35,022 nucleotides of DNA, from UHGV virus genome UHGV-0182056, one strand, 5' to 3'. This document shows, piece by piece, positions 18,566 through 28,187 of this stretch (the stretch's first letter is position 1; each line of letters starts with the position of its first letter). The DNA is from a virus. The position numbers were made by a program, and so were the translations under genes. The notes beneath the pieces were generated by a model. That model searched no databases. It was not told the origin of the DNA and saw nothing but the letters and a program-made list of their open reading frames with translations.

Positions 18566-19399
18566 TCAGCAATTGGTCAGAGTGTCAGTGGGGGCGTTAC
18601 CGCCTGTTGCACGCTGGCGGTAGTCCTGGCGACTGTCTTCATGACTCAGCTTGTCCACCAGTTCGTTAAAGACGGTTTGCTGTGCCTGCAGGGCAGTCTC
18701 CAGCTCGGACAGGCGTTCTTCCTGCTCAGACAGGGATTTTTCGGTGCGTGCGCTCAGGTTCTGCTGCTCAGTGGCAACCAGCTCCACGGCCTTATGCACA
18801 TCAGAGAACCGGGCGTCATCGGACTGCTCTTTTTTGGTAAACAGCGCCGTTACACGGGCAAACAGAGACGGTTTGTCGTCCTGGATTTCTTCCAGTTCGA
18901 TCACCGTTTCCTCTGCAGCGGTAAAGAGATTGGCAGGATTCTGCTTGCGGTTTGCCAGCGGGTTATGGGCTGCACTGGCGCTGAATGTCAGCATTTCCGT
19001 ACCCAGACTGGCAGGGTCATCAGTGGCAGCCAGGCCGACCAGGTAGGCTTTGCCCGTATCAGCGAACTTCGGGCTGACTTCCATAGAGGTGAATAATTTC
19101 TGGCCTTTTTTCACCAGTTCCACCAGGGACTCCGTTGGCTCAACGTCGGCATACAGCGCCATCTTGCCTGCCAGCGGACCTTCCGTGATTTCTTCAGCAA
19201 ACAGCGCCGTCACCTTGCCGTAGCGGTTAAAGGTGCTGTCCGGTAGATAAGACTTGATGTGCTCAAGGTTAATCAGCGCGGTATACACCGCCGGGTTGTA
19301 GCTGGCTGCCATCTGTTCCAGCCATTCACGCTGGATTTCGCGTCCGTCGGTGGTGGCACCTTCCACCCCGATGCGAAAACGCTTTGCTTTCACTGTCAT
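18566..19399 (-). CDS. O: Capsid scaffolding protein gpO
   Basis: 277 aa, acidic with coiled-coil C-terminus; first gene of the capsid operon, divergent from P. Confidence 0.8.
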   Translation of the reverse strand: MTVKAKRFRIGVEGATTDGREIQREWLEQMAASYNPAVYTALINLEHIKSYLPDSTFNRYGKVTALFAEEITEGPLAGKMALYADVEPTESLVELVKKGQKLFTSMEVSPKFADTGKAYLVGLAATDDPASLGTEMLTFSASAAHNPLANRKQNPANLFTAAEETVIELEEIQDDKPSLFARVTALFTKKEQSDDARFSDVHKAVELVATEQQNLSARTEKSLSEQEERLSELETALQAQQTVFNELVDKLSHEDSRQDYRQRATGGNAPTDTLTNC

Positions 19400-19477
19400 G
19401 AGCCGTGCTCCGTTAGAAAAAACTTACTGGAGCCTTATGGTTGCGGTGATGGGGGCAGTGAAACAATGCGCGGTATT

Positions 19478-19495
19478 TGTACCGACAACCACACA
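19478..19495. promoter_or_regulatory. Candidate Ogr-dependent late promoter element (TGT-N12-ACA) in the divergent O/P intergenic region
   Basis: TGTACCGACAACCACACA; 47-64 bp upstream of P and 79-96 bp upstream of O. Confidence 0.5.
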
Positions 19496-19541
19496 AACCG
19501 CAGGCGGGGAAAGCCTTCATTCAAGGCTGTAGGTTTGTGCC

Positions 19542-21308
19542 ATGAACACCACACTGACACCCGCAGATCTCGATCCCCGTCGGCAGGCCATGCTGCTGTA
19601 CTTTCAGGGATACCGCGTAGCCCGCATTGCTGAAATGCTGGGCGAGAAAGTTGCAACCGTTCACAGCTGGAAAAAACGCGACAAGTGGGGTGACTATGGG
19701 CCGCTGGATCAGATGCAGCTCACCACCGCCGCACGCTACTGCCAGCTCATTATGAAGGAGCACAAAGAAGGGAAAGATTTCAAAGAGATTGACCTGCTGG
19801 CGCGCCAGTCGGAGCGCCATGCGCGGATCGGCAAGTTTAACAATGGCGGCAACGAAGCCGACTTAAACCCTAACGTCGCCAACCGCAACAAAGGCCCGCG
19901 CCGTCAGCCGGAAAAGAACGTTTTCACCGATGAACAGATTGAGAAGCTGGAAGAAATCTTCCATTCCTCCATGTTCAACTACCAGCGCCACTGGTGGGAA
20001 GCCGGAAAAAACAACCGCATCCGCAACCTGCTGAAGTCACGCCAGATCGGCGCGACCTTCTATTTTGCCCGTGAAGCCCTGATTGACGCCCTGCTAACCG
20101 GGCGTAACCAGATTTTCCTTTCCGCCAGCAAGGCTCAGGCCCACGTCTTTAAGCAGTACATCATCGACTTCGCCAAAGAAGTGGAGGTGGAGCTGAAAGG
20201 CGATCCGATGGTGCTTCCTAACAGAGCCACGCTTTACTTCCTCGGCACCAATGCCCGCACGGCCCAGAGTTACCACGGCAACCTGTATCTGGATGAATAT
20301 TTCTGGATACCGAAATTCCAGGAGCTGCGCAAAGTGGCTTCCGGTATGGCTATTCACAAAAAATGGCGACAAACCTATTTTTCCACGCCATCCAGCCTGA
20401 CACACAGTGCTTATCCGTTCTGGTCCGGTGCGCTGTTCAACCGAGGGCGCAACAAAGCCGACAAGGTGGACATCGACCTGTCCCACAGCAATCTGGCCCC
20501 CGGCCTGCTGTGCGCAGACGGGCAATACCGCCAGATAGTCACCGTGGAAGATGCGGTGCGCGGCGGCTGTAACCTGTTCGACCTCGACCAGTTGCGCATG
20601 GAGTACAGCCCGGACGAATACCAGAACCTGCTGATGTGCGAGTTTGTGGACGATCTCGCGTCCGTGTTCCCGCTCAGCGAGCTGCAGGCATGCATGGTGG
20701 ACAGCTGGGAAGTCTGGACCGACTTTCATGCACTGGCCCTGCGCCCGTTTGGCTGGCGCGAAGTGTGGATCGGTTATGACCCGGCAAAAGGTACGCAGAA
20801 CGGCGACAGTGCCGGATGCGTGGTGGTGGCTCCGCCAGCCGTGCCGGGCGGTAAGTTCCGTATTCTTGAGCGTCACCAGTGGCGCGGGATGGACTTCCGC
20901 GCCCAGGCGGACGCCATCAAAAAACTGACCGAACAGTACAACGTGACATACATCGGTATCGACTCAACTGGCGTCGGCCACGGGGTTTACGAGAACGTGA
21001 AAGCATTCTTTCCTGCCGTCCGGGAGTTTGTCTATAACCCCAATGTTAAAAACGCCCTGGTACTCAAGGCCTACGACATTATCAGCCACCGCCGTCTGGA
21101 GTTTGACGCCGGGCACACCGACATTGCGCAGTCATTTATGGCAATCCGTCGCGCTACCACTGCCAGTGGCAACCGCCCGACCTATGAAGCCAGCCGCAGC
21201 GAAGAAGCCAGCCATGCCGATCTGGCCTGGGCAACAATGCACGCACTGTTTAACGAACCGCTGCAGGGCGAGTCCGCCAATACCAGCAATATTGTGGAGA
21301 TTTTTTGA
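19542..21308 (+). CDS. P: Terminase large (ATPase) subunit gpP
   Basis: 588 aa; P2 gpP-like size and position, divergent from the capsid operon. Confidence 0.85.
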   Translation: MNTTLTPADLDPRRQAMLLYFQGYRVARIAEMLGEKVATVHSWKKRDKWGDYGPLDQMQLTTAARYCQLIMKEHKEGKDFKEIDLLARQSERHARIGKFNNGGNEADLNPNVANRNKGPRRQPEKNVFTDEQIEKLEEIFHSSMFNYQRHWWEAGKNNRIRNLLKSRQIGATFYFAREALIDALLTGRNQIFLSASKAQAHVFKQYIIDFAKEVEVELKGDPMVLPNRATLYFLGTNARTAQSYHGNLYLDEYFWIPKFQELRKVASGMAIHKKWRQTYFSTPSSLTHSAYPFWSGALFNRGRNKADKVDIDLSHSNLAPGLLCADGQYRQIVTVEDAVRGGCNLFDLDQLRMEYSPDEYQNLLMCEFVDDLASVFPLSELQACMVDSWEVWTDFHALALRPFGWREVWIGYDPAKGTQNGDSAGCVVVAPPAVPGGKFRILERHQWRGMDFRAQADAIKKLTEQYNVTYIGIDSTGVGHGVYENVKAFFPAVREFVYNPNVKNALVLKAYDIISHRRLEFDAGHTDIAQSFMAIRRATTASGNRPTYEASRSEEASHADLAWATMHALFNEPLQGESANTSNIVEIF

Positions 21309-22342
21309 TGGGCAAGAGTAAGAAGAACCGCGCTGCGTCGACGAAACAGATCCAGCATAAAAGCCAGACTTCAGCCGAAGCATTCAGCTTCGGTGATCCC
21401 GTTCCTGTTCTGGACCGCCGCGAACTGCTGGACTATGTGGAATGCGTACAGATGGATCGTTGGTATGAGCCGCCTGTGAGTTTCGACGGACTGGCGCGAA
21501 CCTTCCGCGCCGCCGTGCATCACAGCTCACCGATTGCAGTGAAGTGCAACATTCTGACCAGCACCTACATCCCTCACCCGCTGCTCAGCCAGCAGGCTTT
21601 TTCGCGTTTTGTACAGGACTATCTGGTTTTTGGTAACGCCTACCTGGAGAAACGCACGAACCGCTTCGGTGAAGTTATCGCCCTTGAGCCTGCACTGGCA
21701 AAATACACCCGACGCGGGTTAGACCTGGATACCTACTGGTTTGTGCAATACGGCATGACTATGCAGCCGTATCAGTTCACGAAAGGCAACATTTTTCATC
21801 TGATGGAACCGGACATCAACCAGGAGATCTACGGCCTGCCCGGTTATCTTTCTGCCATTCCGTCAGCTCTGCTCAACGAGTCCGCCACGCTGTTCCGCCG
21901 CAAGTATTACATTAACGGCAGTCATGCAGGCTTCATCATGTACATGACCGATGCAGCGCAGAACCAGGAGGATGTGAACAACCTCCGCAATGCGATGAAA
22001 AGCGCCAAAGGTCCTGGTAACTTCCGTAACCTGTTTATGTACTCGCCTAACGGTAAAAAGGACGGGCTTCAGATTATCCCGTTGTCAGAAGTGGCGGCGA
22101 AGGATGAGTTCCTGAATATCAAGAACGTGAGCCGGGACGACATGATGGCGGCGCATCGTGTGCCGCCACAAATGATGGGGATAATGCCTAATAATGTCGG
22201 GGGGTTTGGGGATGTGGAGAAGGCCAGTCGCGTATTTGTACGTAATGAATTAACTCCCTTGCAAAAAAGGCTACAAGAGCTGAACGACTGGCTGGGCGAA
22301 GAAGTGATTAAATTTACGCCCTATATTCTTTCAGAAGAATAA
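21305..22342 (+). CDS. Q: Portal protein gpQ
   Basis: 345 aa, overlaps the P stop, P2 order P-Q-cos. Confidence 0.85.
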   Translation: MMGKSKKNRAASTKQIQHKSQTSAEAFSFGDPVPVLDRRELLDYVECVQMDRWYEPPVSFDGLARTFRAAVHHSSPIAVKCNILTSTYIPHPLLSQQAFSRFVQDYLVFGNAYLEKRTNRFGEVIALEPALAKYTRRGLDLDTYWFVQYGMTMQPYQFTKGNIFHLMEPDINQEIYGLPGYLSAIPSALLNESATLFRRKYYINGSHAGFIMYMTDAAQNQEDVNNLRNAMKSAKGPGNFRNLFMYSPNGKKDGLQIIPLSEVAAKDEFLNIKNVSRDDMMAAHRVPPQMMGIMPNNVGGFGDVEKASRVFVRNELTPLQKRLQELNDWLGEEVIKFTPYILSEE

Positions 22343-22350
22343 TTCCGAAC

Positions 22351-23049
22351 TTATTTGTTTCTTCTTTGTTCACGCCTTGTCTTGGCTTCGATAAGGCGTT
22401 GAGGTTCAGTGTAAAGCCGTTCTAAAAAAAGATAGGTAAAATCTTCAAGATCCTCAGCAGCAGCTTTATCCAAAATACCTTCATGCGCTCCATCATTTCC
22501 GTCATCTTTAACGCATTCAGCTAGTTCCCTTAAAGCTTCAGGCAGTAGATGATTATCAAATAACCACTCCATTCTTAACCCTAGGCTTCTCCTTATTTTT
22601 TGCGCAGGCCCTTGCTCCCCATCAGGAAGAAGTCCTTTTGTGGCATAATCAAGGCAAAGCCTAAACATGGTTGCTGCTGCATTATAACAACCTATAGCCA
22701 AACATTTCGCCCCTTCCTCATATGCACTATTGATATGCTCAGGTAAGAACTCTGGTGGCTCCTCTACTGCTAAGTCTGCCGGTGATATAGGCCTAACAAC
22801 CTCTGCAACTTCCTTTAAGCCGAATATTCCACTTTCCCAATTATAGCCATCTAAAGTTTTATTTTTCGTTAAAGGTCTGCAAAGAAACATTGTCGTTTTA
22901 TGACACTCTCGGCAAACACAATAGACCTCGTACTCGTATGTTTTACCCCCGCCCAATGCATTGTAAACCCTAGTGCAATTCAGCCCATTCACATCAAACG
23001 CTATTTTTTGTGATCCACATCGTGGACAGTCATCCACTAACATAACCAT
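22351..23049 (-). CDS. Accessory protein: N-terminal Cys4 zinc ribbon plus alpha-helical C-terminal domain; possible HEPN/DUF4145-like fold; function unknown
   Basis: 232 aa, inserted between Q and cos where P2 has no gene; CPRCG...CRECH; C-terminal GNDGAH resembles the GN-AAH core I recall for DUF4145, but no Arg at the Rx4-6H position; strong RBS GGAGGAG; AT-rich. Confidence 0.45.
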   Translation of the reverse strand: MVMLVDDCPRCGSQKIAFDVNGLNCTRVYNALGGGKTYEYEVYCVCRECHKTTMFLCRPLTKNKTLDGYNWESGIFGLKEVAEVVRPISPADLAVEEPPEFLPEHINSAYEEGAKCLAIGCYNAAATMFRLCLDYATKGLLPDGEQGPAQKIRRSLGLRMEWLFDNHLLPEALRELAECVKDDGNDGAHEGILDKAAAEDLEDFTYLFLERLYTEPQRLIEAKTRREQRRNK

Positions 23050-23160
23050 GTCAATTACTCCTCCCTATGAAAAAAATGAGTTGAAAAATTGAATATTCAC
23101 GACTTAAAAAGCTAGCCTATTTAACACCATAATTTCATTAATTCAACCATGAGCGCGCGC

Positions 23161-23180
23161 TCGTATCCCCGCCACGCCTG
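23161..23180. other. cos-like cohesive-end / packaging site
   Basis: Reverse complement reads GGCGTGGCGGGGATACGAGC, whose first 13 nt match the P2/186 cohesive-end sequence as I recall it; located next to Q as in P2. Confidence 0.5.
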
Positions 23181-23220
23181 CCCGCTTTATGTAGTGGTTT
23201 TCATGCGCCTGCATGACATA

Positions 23221-23247
23221 AGCAAAAGCCCGCCACTCCTGGCGGGC
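23221..23247 (-). terminator. Rho-independent terminator after the 203-aa cargo gene
   Basis: Hairpin GCCCGCCA-loop-TGGCGGGC followed on the minus strand by CTTTTGCTT. Confidence 0.5.
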
Positions 23248-23338
23248 CTCAGCTAAAACGATCCTCAAACGATCATGCGGATTCATGCAGCATAGACATG
23301 CACAATCTCCAAAGCGGGCATCGAGACTTTTTGGAAAC

Positions 23339-23950
23339 CTACGTAACCACAGTTAATGTGTGCATCCTGTCTCGAATTGCATCACACGTCTCATCAAAAA
23401 GCTTGGTGATGGTTGTACGGTTCAACTCCGCCTCTTTCCAATAATTTTGCCCGTCAAATTCTGGATCGCTATGCTGAAACGATATTGACTCTGAAAGGCA
23501 TTCCTTCCGGAAACGGTCCAAGATTATATAAACCTCTGGTGAGATGAACGGTTTGTTAGATTCAACACTTGTGACAAAAGTGTTAAATGCATCAAAAAAA
23601 ACTTTCAACCTTCTAAATTTTCTCTCTTCAAATGGTTCGTTGGGGTCAACATGATCCAGCGCAGGCCTCAGCTTAAGCACGCTTTCTCTGGTTTCAAACA
23701 TCGAATTCCAAATGAGACTATATGCTGATAACTCCTTATCAAAATACGCTTTCGTTACATAAACAGAATTGTCTAACTTAGCCTTTATTCTTTCATTAGT
23801 TGCACTCAGTTGTGATTGAAATTCAGCAATATCTTTGTTTAGCCGCGACTTATATCTTTCTAAATAAACTTTCCCGATCCAAACAAATATGCCAGATGCA
23901 ACAAAAGACACCCCACCCAACGAAGCCAGAACTTTAAAGACTAAATCCAT
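23339..23950 (-). CDS. Accessory membrane-anchored protein of unknown function (N-terminal transmembrane helix, coiled-coil, cytoplasmic domain)
   Basis: 203 aa; hydrophobic segment LASLGGVSFVASGIFVWIG near the N-terminus; AT-rich; lies where P2 carries old/tin. Confidence 0.5.
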   Translation of the reverse strand: MDLVFKVLASLGGVSFVASGIFVWIGKVYLERYKSRLNKDIAEFQSQLSATNERIKAKLDNSVYVTKAYFDKELSAYSLIWNSMFETRESVLKLRPALDHVDPNEPFEERKFRRLKVFFDAFNTFVTSVESNKPFISPEVYIILDRFRKECLSESISFQHSDPEFDGQNYWKEAELNRTTITKLFDETCDAIRDRMHTLTVVT

Positions 23951-23998
23951 TGCGCCCCCACCTACAAAAATAGTATTCCATTATAAGCTAATACATTT

Positions 23999-24259
23999 TT
24001 AATCAAACAGGGGATAATTCGCGTCAACCTCATCACTTCTCTGCTCTACCCTAGTGACTTCCATCAAAAACCCCAGGCCGTCATATAGCGAAACGGGGAA
24101 TTCCAGCTCAAGCCAGAAGCAGTCTTCATAGATGCGGCCCAACCAAAAACCTCCGCCACACTCCTTTGGGCGTTGAAAGAAGACCCAGTCGCCAAGGGTA
24201 AACCGTTCCAGCACCTGGCCCCGATAAATAATCTGGTGATTACTGTCTTTTTTACCCAT
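23999..24259 (-). CDS. Accessory small protein of unknown function
   Basis: Track ORF 23999..24310 begins at a TTG; likely ATG start at MGKKDSNHQ; no family recognised. Confidence 0.4.
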   Translation of the reverse strand: MGKKDSNHQIIYRGQVLERFTLGDWVFFQRPKECGGGFWLGRIYEDCFWLELEFPVSLYDGLGFLMEVTRVEQRSDEVDANYPLFD

Positions 24260-24332
24260 GGCTAACGCCTCGCTACTCTCGTTGTTCAACCTTGCTGACG
24301 TCAGATTCAAGTTCTTACATCAGGAACGTTCC

Positions 24333-24566
24333 TTAGTGCAGCCAGCTGTCGTCTTCCCAAACCTGTTGCATAATTTCCATCACCCGCTTTTTGTCTTCAT
24401 CAAGCTTTAAGCCACTCAGCTCAACGCCGTTTGCCGACCCTTTACGGATGCGGATAGCGGTCTTGGGATAGATGGGTTGCAGGTTGCGGTAAAGCTCGGA
24501 CTCCAGAGCGTCCAGGGTAGACTGGCTAATCTTCTGCTCTTTATCGATCATTATTTCAATGCGCAT
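24333..24566 (-). CDS. DinI-like protein
   Basis: Likely start at MRIEIMIDKEQKIS... preceded by GAGG; 77 aa with acidic C-terminus (VWEDDSWL) resembling E. coli DinI as I recall it. Confidence 0.7.
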   Translation of the reverse strand: MRIEIMIDKEQKISQSTLDALESELYRNLQPIYPKTAIRIRKGSANGVELSGLKLDEDKKRVMEIMQQVWEDDSWLH

Positions 24567-24576
24567 AAAAGTCACC

Positions 24577-24765
24577 TCAGCTGATGACATCCATTGAGCG
24601 GTTGTATTCGTGGCTTCTGATTTTTGCCATGAGTTCATCAGTCAATTCAGAAACCCACTGCAGGGCCAGCCCCTTCTCTTCATCACTACACTCACTAGCC
24701 GCTACAAGCTTAAGAAAAAAATCAATGCGCTGGAGCTTCAAAGACTCCAAAAAATAGTCCTGCAT
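24577..24765 (-). CDS. Small protein (62 aa), first gene of the LexA-box-controlled operon; candidate Tum-like antirepressor (speculative)
   Basis: Start MQDYFLESLK preceded by AGGAGG; LexA box 45-60 bp upstream; 10-bp gap to the DinI-like gene. Confidence 0.45.
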   Translation of the reverse strand: MQDYFLESLKLQRIDFFLKLVAASECSDEEKGLALQWVSELTDELMAKIRSHEYNRSMDVIS

Positions 24766-24807
24766 CTTTCCTCCTATGACACCGCAAACAATACTGTATA
24801 GATAACC

Positions 24808-24826
24808 ACTGTTTATATTTACAGTA
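24808..24826. promoter_or_regulatory. LexA (SOS) box
   Basis: ACTGTTTATATTTACAGTA fits CTGT-N8-ACAG with an AT-rich spacer; sits just upstream of the small-ORF/DinI-like operon. Confidence 0.7.
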
Positions 24827-24918
24827 TATAATAATCTTACTGATGTAAAACGTTTTTTTACGTTCATCAGCCTGATATGCCAGGTATTATTAAGAGCACG
24901 AATTGTTAACCCGCGTAA

Positions 24919-27333
24919 TTAATACAGGTTCCGCCACTTATCATCTTCCTGCAAACGCTGGTTCCGATAGAAGACACGCAGGCCTGCTCCTGACGGAATA
25001 CTGCCGCCGCGAAGGAGTAAATCGACCTCTTTCTCGCTGCCATCAAATCCTCTGGACTTCAGTTCATAGACGAGCTGCTGGCGTTGATGGTCTGTAATTC
25101 GCTGTTTGTAGTCTCTACGCCGTTTCGGTTTCACCAGGCGTAACCTTGCAGCCAGTTCCCGGCGCTCTTTTTTGTTCATACTGTGCAGGTAATCGTGCAA
25201 TCCCTTGTCATCCATGCGGGTAATGTCCGTTCTGGTGTCCCCATCAGCTGATTTATCTTTCCCCTGTTTGTTCAAATTTTCAGCAAGGGGACAGTTATTG
25301 CCACGAGTCCAAGGGGCGCAAGCGCCCTGGTCGGCTGCCACCTCCTGAACGTCAACGGCCTTACGAACCATTTTCCACTTCACTGCATGAGTGCAGATCT
25401 TGCCCTCTGCAATGGGTGACCAGATGCCATAAATACGAATACCGTGATCGCCATAGGCGGTTGGCTCTTCGTTGATTTCATAAGCGGTTCTGATGAGTTG
25501 ATATTTGCGGGGAACCAGTACGCCGCCCTGATTCATGATGTAGGTGGCAAAACAACCAGCATCAGCAGCAGCCAGGATGGCATCAAGGCGCGGGTTATCC
25601 AGTACCGGCGCACCTGCTTTTTTGTCACCCTGTTGCCTTGCCGCCTGACCAGCCAGCAATCGCAGTTCACGGTAAGCCTGACGCCCCGGAATGCCAAAGA
25701 AGCGGAATTGCTGAACACGATGCAGAGACGCCCAGGCATTAACGTATTCAGCGTTATCACGCAGGGATTTACCCGTTTCCTTACTGATCTCGCCAGCCAG
25801 ACCACGCCCGTCAATATTCTTACTGATATATTTCGCAATGTAGCTTGTCGGCGTTCCTTTGCGCGGGTTTATCAGCTCAGACTTAAAGCGTGGCCCCGTG
25901 TTATTGCCCAGCTCCTCGCGGTCTTCACGGATGGCAAACTTACGCAACAATGCAGTAATGGCGCGGCGGTCTTTTTTGCGCATGAAACACAACAGGTGCC
26001 AGTGAACTGTGCCGTCATGATGCGGCTCAGCCACCCGCACGCCATACCAGCGCAACCCGGCTTTGTGCATAGCCTTACGAAATGCAGCAAACATGCCGAC
26101 CAGATAATCGCTGCTTTGTCTTACTGTCGCGTTGGTCCAGGTCGGGTTTGGCCTGCCGTTATTTAGCGTGGAATGGAAACGTGACGGACAGGTGATGGTG
26201 TAGAAAACGGCGCAGTCACCACGCATTTCCGCGATAAGCTCCAGGCCTTTAACACAGGCCATCATCTCGTTGCGGCGATGCGCCGGGTTGCTGCTGCTGG
26301 CGTTTACCACATCCTCCATGTTCAGCGTGTCGCCGTCTTCGTTCACCAGTTCATGAGAACGGAAAAACTCCAGCGACTTACGGCGCTGCTCACGTTTATG
26401 CATCACGGCTTCATAGCTGACATAGGGAGATGCTTTTTTGCTGACCAGGCAGACAGCACGCAACTGCTCTTCCCGCCATTCGCAACGCATCTTCCATAAT
26501 TTCCGATACCACCAGTCGGCGCAAAGCATACGCGCCAGCGAACCCGGAATGAGTTCATAAGGCACAGGTTTGCGGCGGTTTCTTTTCCGGCGGAGTTGCT
26601 CAAACGCAGGCGGTATGACATCCAGTCGCAGGGTTTCTGCAGCCACCTTTTCCCATGTCTTGCGGATTTCTTCTGGCTTAACATCATCGGAGGCGTACAA
26701 ATCACCACAAGCGGCATCAAGACACATGCTCATATGCGCAGCGACAAGGGTGGACAGGCGTTTCACCTGATCCTGACTCATTTCAGGCAGGATCAGCAGG
26801 CCGTCCAGCCCTTCATGGCTTGCCATAAAGCGAAAAGAAGTGGATAGCTGACTGTCGCGTACATGCTCCAGTCGTTCCAGACATGGCTTAATCGTCTCAC
26901 GCAAATAGCGGGAATAAGCCTTTGGTCTGCCCAGGCTGCTGAAGTATTCAATACGTTGCATCAGCGGCTTGCTGATATGGGAAGGCTGAGCGTTAACGTC
27001 CGCCAGAATGACCATGTCTGGATTAAAACGCTGCTGCTCATGCGCCAGCTTTGCCCGGCTAATGAGCTTATCCTGCTCCATTTCGCGCTGGACAGGATCA
27101 CGGGATTCATTAAAGAAATAACGCTCCCAGACCTGATCACTCAGTGCCTCGCGGCGCAGTTGTTCCTGCTCGTTATCGGCAGCGTACAGAGTGATCAGGT
27201 TTGAAAGCGCAGAAACCGGCGCAACTTCCGCCGGGTCCAGATAAGGGTTAATGGCCTTTTTCGGGATGTTCCATGAGAATGCTGCGGCGACCTCGTTAAA
27301 GCCGCTGCAGTTGTTCATATCAGCATGGCTCAT
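24919..27333 (-). CDS. A: Replication initiation protein gpA (rolling-circle nickase)
   Basis: 804 aa; size and position fit P2/186 A. Confidence 0.85.
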   Translation of the reverse strand: MSHADMNNCSGFNEVAAAFSWNIPKKAINPYLDPAEVAPVSALSNLITLYAADNEQEQLRREALSDQVWERYFFNESRDPVQREMEQDKLISRAKLAHEQQRFNPDMVILADVNAQPSHISKPLMQRIEYFSSLGRPKAYSRYLRETIKPCLERLEHVRDSQLSTSFRFMASHEGLDGLLILPEMSQDQVKRLSTLVAAHMSMCLDAACGDLYASDDVKPEEIRKTWEKVAAETLRLDVIPPAFEQLRRKRNRRKPVPYELIPGSLARMLCADWWYRKLWKMRCEWREEQLRAVCLVSKKASPYVSYEAVMHKREQRRKSLEFFRSHELVNEDGDTLNMEDVVNASSSNPAHRRNEMMACVKGLELIAEMRGDCAVFYTITCPSRFHSTLNNGRPNPTWTNATVRQSSDYLVGMFAAFRKAMHKAGLRWYGVRVAEPHHDGTVHWHLLCFMRKKDRRAITALLRKFAIREDREELGNNTGPRFKSELINPRKGTPTSYIAKYISKNIDGRGLAGEISKETGKSLRDNAEYVNAWASLHRVQQFRFFGIPGRQAYRELRLLAGQAARQQGDKKAGAPVLDNPRLDAILAAADAGCFATYIMNQGGVLVPRKYQLIRTAYEINEEPTAYGDHGIRIYGIWSPIAEGKICTHAVKWKMVRKAVDVQEVAADQGACAPWTRGNNCPLAENLNKQGKDKSADGDTRTDITRMDDKGLHDYLHSMNKKERRELAARLRLVKPKRRRDYKQRITDHQRQQLVYELKSRGFDGSEKEVDLLLRGGSIPSGAGLRVFYRNQRLQEDDKWRNLY

Positions 27334-28187
27334 GCACGTACTCCGTACACGGCAGAACTATCCACGCCACGCGAATAATCAAATCCCACCCAGCAGCGCG
27401 GCCCGGAAACAGCAATGATTTCTGTTGCTGATTTACCCTCGCCAGCTGCCACACCGATGCTGCGTTTTGCTTTGATGTAGTGGTGAGTGAAATTGCGATA
27501 CAGAGAACGAATCAGGGATGTGTCACTGTTAGAAACAATGACCGGATGTCCTTCTGATGACCGATGTTCAAGAATGGATGCCAGGTGATACTGGTCATCT
27601 TCAGTGAAACCATCAGTGTGATAGCCGGAAAACGTACCGTCATAAGGCGGATCGCAATACACCACATCCCCCGCCTTCAACATCGCCAGCGTTTCATCAA
27701 AGCTGGCGCAGATAAACGTTGCTCGCTGGGTTTTTTCTGCAAATGCGCGAATTTCTTTTTCAGGGAAATACGGATTTTTATAATTACCGTAGGGAATGTT
27801 GAAATGCCCGCTCTTGTTATAGCGACATAAACCACGGTAACCGTGACGATTGAGATACAGGAAATATACTGCTTTCATGAAATCAGTAATTTCAGTTGAG
27901 TAATTAAACTCCTGCCTTATGTTGTAATAAGCCAGCTCACTGTTTGCTTCCTCAAATAAAACACTGGCACGAGATATAAACGCCTCACAATCAGCGGCAA
28001 TCTTTTTATAGAGGTTGATTAAATCAGGATTAATATCCGCAACCAGATAGCTGGGATAATCCGTCTCCATTATCACAGCACAGGAACCAGCGAAAGGTTC
28101 AACCAGTCGCGGGCCAGCAGGAAGATGTTTTTTCAGTTCGGACATTATGGCGGTTTTATTTCCCGCCCATTTCAGGATGGTGCTCAT
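27330..28187 (-). CDS. Dam-like N6-adenine DNA methyltransferase
   Basis: Likely start at [11 protein letters not shown]; motifs LKWAGNK, EPFAGS and DPPY resemble E. coli Dam; start overlaps the upstream stop (ATGA). Confidence 0.8.
   Translation of the reverse strand: MSTILKWAGNKTAIMSELKKHLPAGPRLVEPFAGSCAVIMETDYPSYLVADINPDLINLYKKIAADCEAFISRASVLFEEANSELAYYNIRQEFNYSTEITDFMKAVYFLYLNRHGYRGLCRYNKSGHFNIPYGNYKNPYFPEKEIRAFAEKTQRATFICASFDETLAMLKAGDVVYCDPPYDGTFSGYHTDGFTEDDQYHLASILEHRSSEGHPVIVSNSDTSLIRSLYRNFTHHYIKAKRSIGVAAGEGKSATEIIAVSGPRCWVGFDYSRGVDSSAVYGVRA

Noticed and set aside
20094-20876. 260-aa minus-strand ORF inside the terminase large-subunit gene
   Set aside because: Fully embedded antisense in gpP, no RBS context, composition typical of a shadow frame.
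24577-24867. Full 96-aa extent of the track ORF upstream of the DinI-like gene
   Set aside because: The 5' 34 codons overlap the LexA box and promoter region; an internal ATG with a strong AGGAGG RBS gives a more plausible 62-aa product.
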